A DNA stretch of 64,000 bases from Selaginella moellendorffii. Its lineage: Eukaryota; Plantae; Lycopodiophyta. Below the pieces are notes generated by a model. It searched no databases. It saw nothing but the letters and a program-made list of their open reading frames with translations, and was not told where the DNA came from. This document shows, one piece after another, positions 24,640 through 37,200 of the stretch; position 1 is the first letter of the stretch; each line of letters opens with the position of its first letter. The stretch lies in the NCBI RefSeq assembly GCF_000143415.4, contig NW_003314265.1, positions 3,406,443 through 3,470,442 of the forward strand. Reading direction: 5' to 3'. Both the position numbers and the translations under genes were made by a program.

Positions 24640-27600
24640 TGTAAGCCACAAAATTTTCCTTTCCAATTTGCCAGCTTACCTCGACTATCCGACCAACTCT
24701 GCCTTGGCTTGTGCTAAGTTCCCTCGCCAAGGTTCTCGCCTATGGTACCAGCTCCTACTTGGTCCTACTTGGTTTCAGCTACTCACTGCACGAGCAACGG
24801 AGTGTTAGCCATCCATCTACGGATTCCCAAATCTCTCCCAATCCCCCTCCTCGGGTTAGACTGGACTTAAGGTTTGGCTACACTCCCCGCAGGCACAAGC
24901 AGCCAAGCACACCAAGCCTCCAGATTCCTAACACCCCAAGGTACCACAAGACTTGATCATGGGACCCTCTAAATCCCAAGCCTTGGGTGCAGCACTTGCT
25001 TCGGGACATCGGGGCGAAACACCGTGGCCTAACAGCCCGGTATGGGTACCTCTATCCCCCCACTTCCATCCCGAAGGGAAGGCCCAAGCCCCTAGGAAGG
25101 GCGAGGACCAATGAGACACAAGGTACTCAAGTGGGGCACCACTCCACCTGAGCCGGGAGCACCGCAGTCGGTTTCCCTTTCGGGAGTGGGAGCTGCTCTT
25201 GAGCACTTCCCTGGGTGGCCCCTCCGGCACCACTCAAGCCCATGCTCACTCCCACCCAAGGCCCCTCGGCCCCAGTCTCAACCTCAAGTCAGTTTGGAAG
25301 CACCACTGGAGAGTTCCTTCAAGACTGGTTCCTGGACCTCACTATCCTTACTATACTTTTGGAACCCCCTGCAGCCCCCCCCCCCCTGGGAGACGCACGC
25401 TTTGGGCTTTCACCCCTTGACCCATATTAGTATTTGGACTTACTCTCTGGCTCGATCTCGGACCCGATTTCGGATCCGACTTCAGATTCGGTCTCGAACT
25501 CAATCTCGGACTCGATCTCGGACCCGATCTCGGACCCGACCTCGGACTCGACCTCGGACTCAGTCTCGGACCCGATTTCAGATCTCAGACTCCATCTCGA
25601 ACTTGGTCTCGAACTCGGACTCGAACTCGGTCCCTGAGTCAGTCTCGGACTCAATTCCGGACTCTATCTCGAACTCGGTCCTAGAGTCAGTCTTGGACTC
25701 AATCCTCGACTTGGTCCCATCTGATGAACTCTTTGTCATTTCAGTCAAGCTTTTGGGGATCCTTTAGCCTACGACATCTCGGGGAGTCGGTTCCTTACAA
25801 CTCCACCACCCATAGAAGAAGTTCGATGCCCACATCGAATGTCTCGTTTTATCCTACGACTTGTTGACCATGTCTCCGGGGGCATGTGGTGGTGGTGGCA
25901 CTTAGTGGTGTGCCTAAGTTAGCCTCCCCGGCCAAGAGCCCATGACAACGGAATATAGGTGTCCCTATACTCCTCACCTCACCACGCCCTAGTATGGGGT
26001 CGGGACTTGAACTCAGCCTTGCTTTACTAGAGGGTTTGGACTCGAACCCAACCTCTGTAGAATACGTCTACGGATTCGACATCCCCGCGGGGAGTCGGGC
26101 GTAGTGCCCTACGCCTGGTCGACCTATCCAACCCATGCTAATTAGCTTACCTTTGGCGCGCCTTCGGGTCTCAACATATGCCACTTGCTCAACTTTGCAA
26201 ATTGATATTTTTAATTGAATTTTGCATAAGTACATAGAGTTCTGCCTTGCAGAAATTGCTCCACTAGATCTCGCGCATTCGCTAGGTTCTCCTCCGGTTC
26301 CCATGTTGCTTCGCAGTGTGGAAATCCTTTCCACTTCACATGGAACTCTCTCACCTCGCGTCCTTGTCGCTTGCTCTTGTGCGCATTAAGGATGGCCTTG
26401 ACTTCGTATTCCTCTTCCCCTTGGATAACCTCAGGTAAAGGTCTCACTTGGTCCTTGCAAAGTGGATCCTCAAAGTACGGCTTGAGTAAGTTCACGTGGA
26501 ACACTGGGTGCATCTTCCCCATCTCTCGAGGAAGTCGGAGTCGGTAAGCCACTTTACCGATTTGTGCCTCAATCTCGTAAGGCCCCGCGAACCTGCTTAA
26601 GGAACTCAAGATCAATTCATTTACAGGAATACATGCATCTTTACCTTTGGGTCAACTTTCGGCTAATCCCACTTGGTAGTCTGAGGTTCTTGGTGTTCAG
26701 CCACACCTTCTCCCCAGCTTGGAACTCTACATCCCAACGCTTCTGGTTCGCGTATTTGGTTTGCCTTTGTTGAGCCCGTTCCAAGGAATCCCTCACTAGA
26801 TTCCAAATGCTGAGTCTTTTCGCCGTGAATGCCTCCACTGCAGGCAACTCTCCATGATACTCGGCCACGCCGAGTTCCACAGGACCTTCAATGGCTCGCC
26901 CATTGATGACTTCCCATGGACTCACCCCAATACTCGAATGTGGTGAGTTGTTATAACACATTTCCGCAAGTCCCAAATGACTTACCCAATTGGTCTAGTC
27001 TCCCGAGACATAGCATCGCAAATAATCCTCCAGCTGCCTATTCACCCTTTCCGTTTGTCCGTTTGTCAAGAAGTGTTAGTGCCACCAACTTGACTCAATA
27101 CCCCATACCTGTCTGTGGGTGATAGGTTGTGCTGAATTTCAACTTGGTGTGATACTGTTCCAGGAGAGTCCTCCAGAACCTACTGGTGAAGATCTTATCT
27201 CGATCTGAGATGATCTCTTCCGGTCTTCCCTGCACTCGAACCACTTGTTCAAAGAACAGCTTTGCCACACCTTCTGCATCCACCTCCGTTGTGGTGGGTA
27301 TGAAGTGTGCCATTTTTGAAAATCGGTCCACCACCACGAATATCGCATCAAACCCCTCGCTTGGGGGGAGTCCTGTGATGAAGTCCATCGTAAGACATTT
27401 CCATGGGCGATCTGGAATTGGGATGCTTTGCAACAAGCCCCCACTAGCCTTAGTCACGGCTTTTACCTGCTGACATGTTGGACATGTCTTTACATAGTCT
27501 TGGACGTCCTTAGCCATATCTGGCCAATGGTACTTCCTTTTGAGTAAGCCCATCGTCTTGGGCACTCCACCGTGTCCCACAAGAGGTCCGTCATGACACT

Positions 27601-30600
27601 CTTCTAAGGCCACCTTCCTTAGTTCTACTTCTGGAACATACACCCTCGTTTGCTTGTAATAAATGAGTCCATTGCGTTCCGCATAGCCCGTTTTCTCTTC
27701 CGTTGGCAGCTCACCTCTCTAGTGAGCTTCCCGCGCCTCTAGATTCCTCCGCAACACTTCCTGTGCTAGACCATCGTTCTCATATGCTGTCCGCACATCA
27801 TCCCAGAAGGTTGCTGTTGCGCTGGATATTGCCAACCTCAAGCTCGCTTTTCGACTTAGCGCATTTGCCACGATGTTGCTCTTCCCAGGCTTGTACAGAA
27901 TTTCGCAATCAAACTCGGCCAAGACATTGGCCCAGCGACCTTGTTTCCCTCTTAGGTCGGGCTGTGACAAGAAGTGTTTCGTTGCCACATTGTCCGTATA
28001 AACCTTGAAGTGTCTCCCAAGGTAGTGTCGCCACTCCTTGAGCGCCTTGACCACCGCAAACAATTCCTTCTCGTGGGCAGGCCACTTCCGTTGAGCCTTG
28101 TCCAGCTTCTTCGAGAAGAACACTACCGGATGGTTGTCTTGCTTCAAAACTGCGCCCAACGCAAAGTCCGAAGCATCCGTTTCTACCTCAAAGTCCTTAC
28201 CAAAGTCTGGTAATGCCAATACAGGAGCCTTCCTCAACTTCCCTTTGAGGTGGACGAATGCCGCCTCGCATTCCGCTGTCCACACCATCTTCCCTTTTCC
28301 TGTTTGGTCCGTTAAGGGCAGGGCTACTCTTGAATAGTGTCTGATAAACTTTCGATAGTAGTTGCATAGCCCCAGGAACGCCCTCAACTCGTGTACATTG
28401 GCTGGTCGCTCCCATTCCTGGATCGCTTGGACCTTCTCCGAGTCCACCTTGAGCCCGTCCTGGCCCACCACATGCCCAAGAAACTTTACCTCTTGTTGAG
28501 CAAAGTCACATTTGCTCTCTTTAGCATACAGCTTGTGTTCCCTTAGTTTCTCAAACACCTTCGCCAAGTGTTCGGCATGCTCCTCTAGCGTCTCGCTATA
28601 GATCAGGATGTCGTCGATATAGACGACCACGAAGTGATCCAGATAGGGTACAAAGATGTGGTTCATTAGCGCCGAAAACGTTGCCGGCGCATTACATAGC
28701 CCGAAGGGCATCACCAGAAACTCAAAGCTCCCATACCTCGTTTGACAAGTTGTCTTCTCGACATCTTCCTCGGCTACCCTGATCTGGTAGTATCCTGACC
28801 TTAGGTCAATCCTCGAGAAGTATTTTGCCTTTCCCAACCTATCGAACAGGTCCTCAATCCTTGGCAAAGGGTACTTGTTCTTCTTTGTATACTTGTTGAG
28901 CAACCGGTAGTCTATGCACATGCGCATAGATGCATCTTTCTTTTTCACAAATAACACCGGCGCCCCATACGGCGACTTGCTCAACCTAACATACCCTTTG
29001 TCCACCAACTCCTCTAGTTGGCACTTGAGCTCCTTGAGTTCTTTTTCGTTTAACCGATAAGGGGGACAAACCACTGCCTCAGCACCCTCGACCAGCTCAA
29101 TCTTATGTTCTATCGGTCGTGCTGGGGGTAGCCCCGCCGGTAGCTCCTCCGGCATGGTATCCTGGAATTGGTCCAACACCCGCTGGATCACTAAAGGTAC
29201 TTCTTCCATTCCTGTCTTTTTGTCACTCTTCACCGAGAGTAAGCACAAAAAGGCCGCCTTAGTTCCTTTAGTGAATTGTCCTCTCGTGGACACCAGGTTT
29301 AAGCAGGAATCTTTGGCCTTGCTTTGCCCTACCTTTAGATCTTGGGGCTCCACCCTAGATCTTCTTCCTTGGGCATTTGCCAGTACCACAAGGTTTCTAC
29401 CTTGTCCATGCAGGGCTACCACGAATCGATTGAACCAGTCCATTCCGAAGATCACGTCAAATCCCGCCATGTCCAACACGGTGAAATCCATGTCCACCTT
29501 CCAAGTCCCCACTTCGACTCTCGCTTGTCGAAGTACCTCATCGGTGCTTTGGCTACCTTGAACAAACTCTATAGTCCTTGGTTCGCCTAGCCGCTGCACC
29601 GTTAGTCCGGCTTGTCGGACTATGTCTGTAGCCACAAAATTATCTGAAGCACCCGTGTCAATAAGGATTTTAACAAAGCTACCTCCGAGCTTCCCTCGGA
29701 GGGCTAGTAGATGTCGCGAACGACTCTCTACCAAAGTTGCTCGTGTAATGAGTAACTTTGAGTTAGGGACTGGATCACATACCTCCATTTGGACTTCACC
29801 CGACTTGATGGCCATATTGGCTCTGGCCTTCTTCGGGTAGGGACATTCCCTCGAGAAGTGTCCCGCTTCACCGCAGTTGTAGCATACATTGTTTCCCACA
29901 CTGCTATATGACTTGACCTTCTTATCCGTGGGTTTGTCTCTTTTCGCTTGACTCCCCCACGTACTTGCTCGCTGGCCACCGGGTTTGCCTTTTCGGAACC
30001 CCGAGGACTCATTCTTAGAGAAACTCCTCTTGAATTTCCTTCTGCTAAACGTTCCCCTTGGTTTGGCCCCTTTGTTAAACGTGGATCCCAACCCCGTCGT
30101 GTTCCCCTTTCGCAAGTTATCGTTGAAATGCACCTTGATGGCCGCATCCAACGCTTCCTTGTAGTTGGTCGGGTTCCACCGCATTATTTCGCCGCGAACC
30201 CAAGTTTGCAAACCTGATATGAAGGCATGGAACGCATCCATATCCCCCATGTCCGTGACAAGTATCCTCTTTGCCATAAACCCATTCACATACTCTTGAA
30301 TGGTTCTGGTCTGCTTCAGCCTACTCAGCTCGTCTCTTAGGTGCAGAGTAGCATTCGGAGGAACGTAAGTTGCGCGGATCCTTGCCTTCATCATTTCCCA
30401 AGTGGCCACCGGTCCTTCGTTGGCCTCCGTTGTTCTCCACCAAGACTTGGCACTATCTGCCAAGTATGGTTTTGCACATGGGACCTTCTCCGAGCTCGGT
30501 AATCGCAACGCTCGGAAGTAGTCCTCCATATCGTAGAACCAATCCTCCACCACTTTATAGTCATTCACTCCCTTGAAGACCGGTGGGAGCTTCGGTTTGT

Positions 30601-31159
30601 ACTTGGGAACTGCCTGAGGGACTGATTCCACTTCGGTCTGTTTGACCTTGTCTGGTTTTGCCTCAGTCCCTGCCGAAGGGTCCGCACCTTCTGCGCTGCC
30701 AGCATCCGCAGTCTTTCGCTTTTTCTTCCGCTTCTCATCACGCTTTAGCTTGCGTACGAGAGTTTCTTGCCAATTGTCCTTCTAGAACGTCCAATCGAGC
30801 CTTGGACGACCGAACCTCACCACCGGACTCCTGTTTGGAAGTTGCCTCACTGGAGTCCTCCTCATGCAAGGATTCCTCATCCATAGCCTCCTGTTCGACC
30901 AGAGGCTCCAGCTCTGGAGGAGGTTCCGTCTCTGCCTGAGTTCGCTTACGTCCTGCCCTTGCCATCTCCCAGCAATCTGCCTCTATCCTTCGCTAGAACT
31001 GAGGAAGAGGCTCCAATACCAAATTGTAAGCCACAAATTTTTCCTTTCCAATTTGCCAGCTTACCTCGACTTGGTCCCATCTGATGAACTCTTTGTCATT
31101 TCAGTCAAGCTTTTGGGGATCCTTTAGCCTACGACATCTCGGGGAGTCGGTTCCTTACA
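24640..31159 (-). mobile_element. Ty3/Gypsy chromovirus with a full 3' LTR (24640-25799) and an internally deleted 135-bp 5' LTR (31025-31159)
   Basis: TGTAAG...TTACA termini, PPT at 25800-25811, PBS remnant at about 31011-31024, and gag-pol domains between. Confidence 0.92.
26211..30965 (-). pseudogene. gag-pol polyprotein (Gag, CCHC knuckle, protease, RT, RNase H, integrase, chromodomain) with two introns in the integrase, two premature stops and an N-terminal frameshift
   Basis: [14 protein letters not shown]; [11 protein letters not shown]; VYIDD; ETDASDFA; CHDGPLVGHGG...CPTCQ; TMDFI...ISDRD; EEEYEVKAIL...VKWKGFPHCEATWEPEENL. Confidence 0.92.
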
Positions 31160-32861
31160 ACTCCACCACCCATAGAAGAAGTTCGATGCCCACATCAAAC
31201 GTCTCGTTTTATCCTACGACTTGTTGACCATGTCTCCGGGGGCATCCCCCCACTTAGCGGTGTGCCTAAGTTAGCCTCCCCGGCCAAGAGCCCATGACAA
31301 CGGAATATAGGTGTCCCTATACTCCTCACCTCAACACGCCCTAGTATGGGGTCGGGACTTGAACCCAGCCTTGCTTTACTAGGGGGTTGGGACTCGAACC
31401 CAACCTCCGTAGAATACGTCTACGGATTCGACATCCCCACGGGGAGTCGGGCGTAGTGCCCTACACCTGGTCAACCTATCCAACCCATGCTAATTAGCTT
31501 ACCTTTGGCGCGCCTTCGGGTCTCAACATATGCCACTTGCTCAACTTTGCAAATTGATATTTTTAATTGAATTTTGCATAAGTACATAGAGTTCTGCCTT
31601 GCAGAAATTGCTCCACTAGATCTCGCGCATTCGCTAGGTTCTCCTCCGGTTCCCATGTTGCTTCGTAGTGTGGAAATCCTTTCCACTTCACATGGAACTC
31701 TCTCACCTCGCGTCCTTGTCGCTTACTCTTGTGTGCATTGAGGATGGCCTTGACTTCGTATTCCTCTTCCCCTTGGATAACCTCAGGTAAAGGTCTCACT
31801 TGGTCCTTGCAAAGCGGATCCTCAAAGTATGGCTTGAGTAAGTTCACGTGGAACACTGGGTGCATCTTCCCCATCTCTCAAGGAAGTCGGAGTCGGTAAG
31901 CCACTTTACCGATTCGTGCCTCAATCTCGTAAGGCCCCGCGAACCTGCTTAAGGAACTCAAGATCAATTCATTTACAGGAATACATGCATCTTTACCTTT
32001 GGATCAACTTTCGACTGATCCCACTTAGTAGTCTGAGGTTCTTGGTGTTCAGCCACACCTTCTCCCCAGCTTGGAACTCTACATCCCGACGCTTCTGGTT
32101 CGCGTATTTGGTTTGCCTTTGTTGAGCCCGTTCCAAGGAATCCCTCACTAGATTCCAAATGCTGAGTCTTTCCGCCGTGAATGCCTCCACTGCGGGCAAC
32201 TCTCCATGATACTCGGCCACGCCGCGTTCCACAGGACCTTCAATGGCTCGCCCATTGATGACTTCCCATGGACTCACCTCGATACTCGAATGTGGTGAGT
32301 TGTTATAACACATTTCCGCAAGTCCCAAATGACTTACCCAATCGGTCTAGTCTCCCGAGACATAGCATCGCAAATAATCCTCCAGCTGCCTATTCACCCT
32401 TTCCGTTTGTCCGTCTGTCAAGAAGTGTTAGTGCCACCAACTTGACTCAATACCCCATACCTGTCTGTGGGTGATAGGTTGTGCTGAATTTCAACTTGGT
32501 GCGATACTGTTCCAGGAGAGTCCTCCAGAACCTACTGGTGAAGATCTTATCTCGATCTGAGATGATCTCTTCCGGTCTTCCCCGCACTCGAACCACTTGT
32601 TCGAAGAACAGCTTTGCCACACCTTCCGCATCCACCTCCGTTGTGGTGGGTATGAAGTGTGCCATTTTCGAAAATCGGTCCACCACCACGAATATCGCAT
32701 CAAACCCCTCGCTTGGGGGGAGTCCCGTGATGAAGTCCATCGTAAGACATTTCCACGGGCGATCTGGAATTGGGATGCTTTGCAACAAGCCCCCACTAGC
32801 CTTAGTCACGGCTTTTACCTGCTGACATGTTGGACATGTCTTTACATAGTCTTGGACGTCC
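31160..32861 (-). mobile_element. Second, tandem, 5'-truncated copy of the chromovirus (PPT, 3' UTR, chromodomain, integrase)
   Basis: Near-identical to 25800-27509; shares the mini-LTR at 31025-31159. Confidence 0.9.
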
Positions 32862-34299
32862 TAAAGAAAGAGTAAGTCCTCAAAGAACTTAACCCGTACC
32901 TAGATTTTAGCTCAGGAAAGTGTAATATGCAAATGTAACCTGAAATATACTACAAGGATTGGCCGAAATCAAAAAAGAAAGAGAGGTAGAAGAGGGGATG
33001 CATTGTTTGACGGTGGTAAGTGTACAAATGATGAAAGATGAGTGAGATGGTGGAGTGCCAAGATGGTGGCAGCACTCTGAGAAGGTGGCCATCTCTACAT
33101 GTGTCAAGCCTATGGTCGGATGTGTTGGACTAAAGAAAACCGTAGCCAAAAAGGACGGCATAGTCACTAGATTGCTGGTAAAGAGAGGTGGCATGTGTCC
33201 ACTAAGTGTTGGAGCAGGAGAAAGTGTCTTTAGCTTCTGTGGCCTTGCCTAAGTATTCATCTAGGTGCCCTGAGTGAATAGGTTCACCTGGTTAGAAGAA
33301 AGTCACTCTAGAAAAGTTAGTATATTGTCAGTAAATGGTCGCAATGATATCTTAAAAATAGCACGTCTAAATGAGGTGATGTCTTTTGCTACTGGTGCAT
33401 GTATATGTGTTTGTAGTATGATGTAAATATGACCTCAAATAAATATATGGACGATGGTGAAAGAATAAAAGATGCAAGACGGGCATCTAAAAGTAAGTGT
33501 AAGAAATCCTATTGGAAGTTATTAGTGATGGACTTGTGAATATAGATGCTATGGAATGGGTTTAAGGAATGTTTGGGGTAGAGTAATGGTAAAGGAAGGG
33601 CCAAAGAACTTGGAACATAGGCTAAGCCAAGTGAGGAACCTCCATACAAACAACAATCTAAGCATAAAATCCAAGGCAAGAGCCATAATCCAATGGAGAA
33701 ACACCCTCTAAAAATAAAAAAGAAACTATGAAAGTAAAGTAAATAAAAGAAGCAAATGAAAAAGAAGCGAAGAGGAACACCTCATCGAATGAAGCGTTTG
33801 AGGTGAGAGTGGTTGTGAGCTTGTGGGAGCTCACGTCCATCAGCATCTACTAGCATGTATACTCCACCTCTAATATGTCACTAGATAGAGTAGGGGCTGA
33901 TCTAGCAAGGAGAGAAGTTCGAAGGTGGCATGAACTCCTTAAGTAGAACAAGATTACCATCCTCAAATGATTCAACAGACTGTTAGTGATTAATGACTAA
34001 CTTGATCTTCTACTTGCCCCAGAGGAGATGTTTAGTCATGGCCCGTCGCTGTTCTTCCAAGGCAAGAACCTCCAAGTCACGTGCATGGAGCTTGTCCTCA
34101 TCGCTAAGCTACATCTCTGCTGCGTATCGAAGCAAAAGTGAGAGTGACGGCACTTGGATCTTCACTGGAAACAAGACCTCTATCTCTTAGATGAGAGAGA
34201 ATGGAGTTGCGGAGATGGATGTCTTGAAGAATGTCCGAAAGGCCCACAATGTCGTAACCAAGTGCTCGTGCCAACATGCCTCAGATGATCCTCCATAAA

Positions 34300-37200
34300 C
34301 TTTGAGATGATAGTCTTTAATATTTTGTTACTAGACTTTTCCTGGCCATTGCACTTAGGATAGTAGATGCCTACTTTTCATGTGCTTGACTTGTAACTGC
34401 TGGAGAAGATGTTGCATCCCTATGTGAAGTAGTCCATTGCTACAATGATATATCACTGTCCTTTTAAGCTTAGTGGGTTGATCGAAAGAGAGGCACTAAT
34501 GAAGCCAGCATGAAGAGCAAGGCTGCTTCAATGAAATAGCTGCTTCCATCATTGTCAAGTTGGCCACGGCCGACAAAGTTATGTCCCCACAAAAAAATGG
34601 GACCTAGAGAAATGACGAGCTGGAAAGGAAGGTGTGGAATATGGCTTTGGGGTTGAACCATTGGCACTGCTCACATTATTTTGCATAATTTAAGCTATTT
34701 TGGTGAATCCAAGGCCAAAAGTAGCCATGGTACAAAAGGAGCTATGCTATGACCTGTCCCGCACAAGAGTGGAAAGCTCAAAGCAACTCAAGAATCCTGT
34801 GTTCACCCACACACTGCAACAAAACATCCTATGAAGTCCTCCTATAAAGGTGTCCATCAAGAAGGCAAAACCCTCGCACTTGGATCTCCAACACCTTTTG
34901 TTGCACTGGTGAGGAATCCACTAGAAACTTGCTTGAATCTAAGTATACTACAATATCCTGTAATGCTATTGAGACCACAAAGGAGGTAGCCTCAGCAACT
35001 AGGAACTTGCTTGAATCCATCATATGCTTTTGCTGCATATAAAAAGTTGGCTGGAAATCTTGGATGGTCATAATCCAAGATAAAGTATGCAAACTGTGAA
35101 TTGGTTGCTGTAAAAGAAACATTAGCACATTAAAATAGACGTGGAAATGGATATAAGTTCCAGCAAGAAAGTGAAAAAATCATTCTAAGGTGTAAATAGC
35201 AACAACTACTTCTTTTTCTACATACTTTTTCTTAGTCTCCTTGAACAAATGTGAGGCATAGTATGTTGCATGTGGTGGTTTGCTAGGCTCGAGGGCATGA
35301 ATGTGCAGCATAGTTGTGAAGGAAACAACAAAAGAAACCCACTTGCTTCAAGTTGGTTGGCAGGGGCTAATCCAGAATCTCCTAAGTGTTGTCTATTGAT
35401 CCCATCTTGTGAGACATCAAAGCCTAGCAATAGGCCTTTAGGCACCCCGAACTTACACTTTGCCATGTACAAAGAAAAGTTATGTTGTCAGCAATGATTG
35501 GAAATATGCTCCAAGTGCAAAATGTGGTCATTGAAAGAGTCAAAGGTCATGCACAAATCATCCATATACACCCTTAAGGTATCTCTAATCAAGTTATGAA
35601 GGGCATTGTTATGATCCGGCGCAAAAAGACAAAGATCTCGTTGCCCTAGACTATGCTACGCCACCTCTTGAGGTTCTTCACCACCCAACCACCCCCGAGC
35701 TACCTCAAAAGCTCCACTGCGCCGCCGCTCCACTGTGAGCCCTAGGGTAGGTTTAAGTCCCTTACCCTAACATGCCTTAATATACCCTTGAGCCTCCCTT
35801 TGACCGACGTTGACCACGTAGTCAAAGCTGGCGCCTAACAATTCTTCCCCCCCAACAAAGTCCTTGTCCCAAGGACGAGTTGTACCGGTGATCACCCTTT
35901 CTGGGGAATCCTGCTCAAGCTCCTGGTCCATCTTCCACAGCCGTATACATCAAGGAGGCATTGGGCCCGTCACTCCGAGATAGTACACCTTTCAATTGGC
36001 TGACATAAAATACTAGATGAATTTTCACCCCAGCTGGCAGCCGCACCTGATAAGCCGCTTTACCAATGCGCTCCAGCACTTCATATGGACCAGCATATCG
36101 ATGGGAAAGTTTATCACTCTTCCCTGTCCGTAAAGGCACCAAGGTGTTCCGCCGCTCACTTGACGGAAAGATCACTCGCACAAAGACGAGATCACCCACC
36201 TTATATTCCCGGAATTGGCGATGCTCATTAGCAAACTTCTCCGCTCTATCCTGAGCTGCTTGCAAATTCCGTTTGCATACCACCAGAATCTCATCAAGTT
36301 CTGTGGCCAGATCAGTTGCCTCGGAATCAAGCTTTTCTTGAACGTCCTTACTCAAATGCAATCCCAACTCCACCGCTGGGAGTTGACGCGGTTGTTACGC
36401 AAGAATGTGCCATTCGAGTGGAAGACGCCACAAGAGGAGAGTTTTGTGGCGCTGAAACGATTGTTGATCGAGGCTCCAGTGCTTCGCATTGCTGATCCAT
36501 CGAAACCTTACGAGGTGACATGCGATGCGAGTGGTTATGCACTGGGAGGAGTTCTCATGCAAGAGGGACAGCCTATTGCACACGAGAATCGAACTAGTCT
36601 CTGATACCATTGTTAGGATCCTATCCCTTACACCCTAAGCCAACTAGCTAAAGGGGTGATCACTTGATTGTAGGGCCCTTTCTTTATCCTATTATCCTGA
36701 CCTGGTGCCTAACAGGCATGGGTCATGAAGTGTTGAAAAGTATTATACAAGCCGAATGGTAAGACGTTGAAAGTGAAGACTCCCCAAGGTGTCTAGAAGG
36801 CCATAAGATCTTAATGATCGGGATGAGATCTGGTTATACCTTGAAAAACCATCCATGAAAGAGTAGTGACGGTGTTTAGGTATCTTATTTACAATAGCAT
36901 CGATAAATAGAGTTGGGAAGTGATCTTTCATAATTGTTTTTGAAACTTTGAAAGTCAATGCAAAGGTGGACTTTTCCATTTTCCTTGCATGCAAGGATGA
37001 GCTTGGCCACCCACTCTGAGTGTTCCAAAGGGTAAATAAAGCCAGCTGTTAGAAATCCCTCGATCTCCAACTTCATCTCCAAGTGAGCTGCTAGGTTGAA
37101 ACACCGCGTCTTTTGATAGACTGGTTTGACTAACTCTGAAAGCACAATGTTGTGCATGATTGTGTCCATGAGGACTCCTAGAAGTTGGCTTTAGTCCCAA

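Noticed and set aside
25718-25799. CTGATGA in the LTR as a hammerhead ribozyme core
   Set aside because: No matching GAAA strand or supporting stems found.
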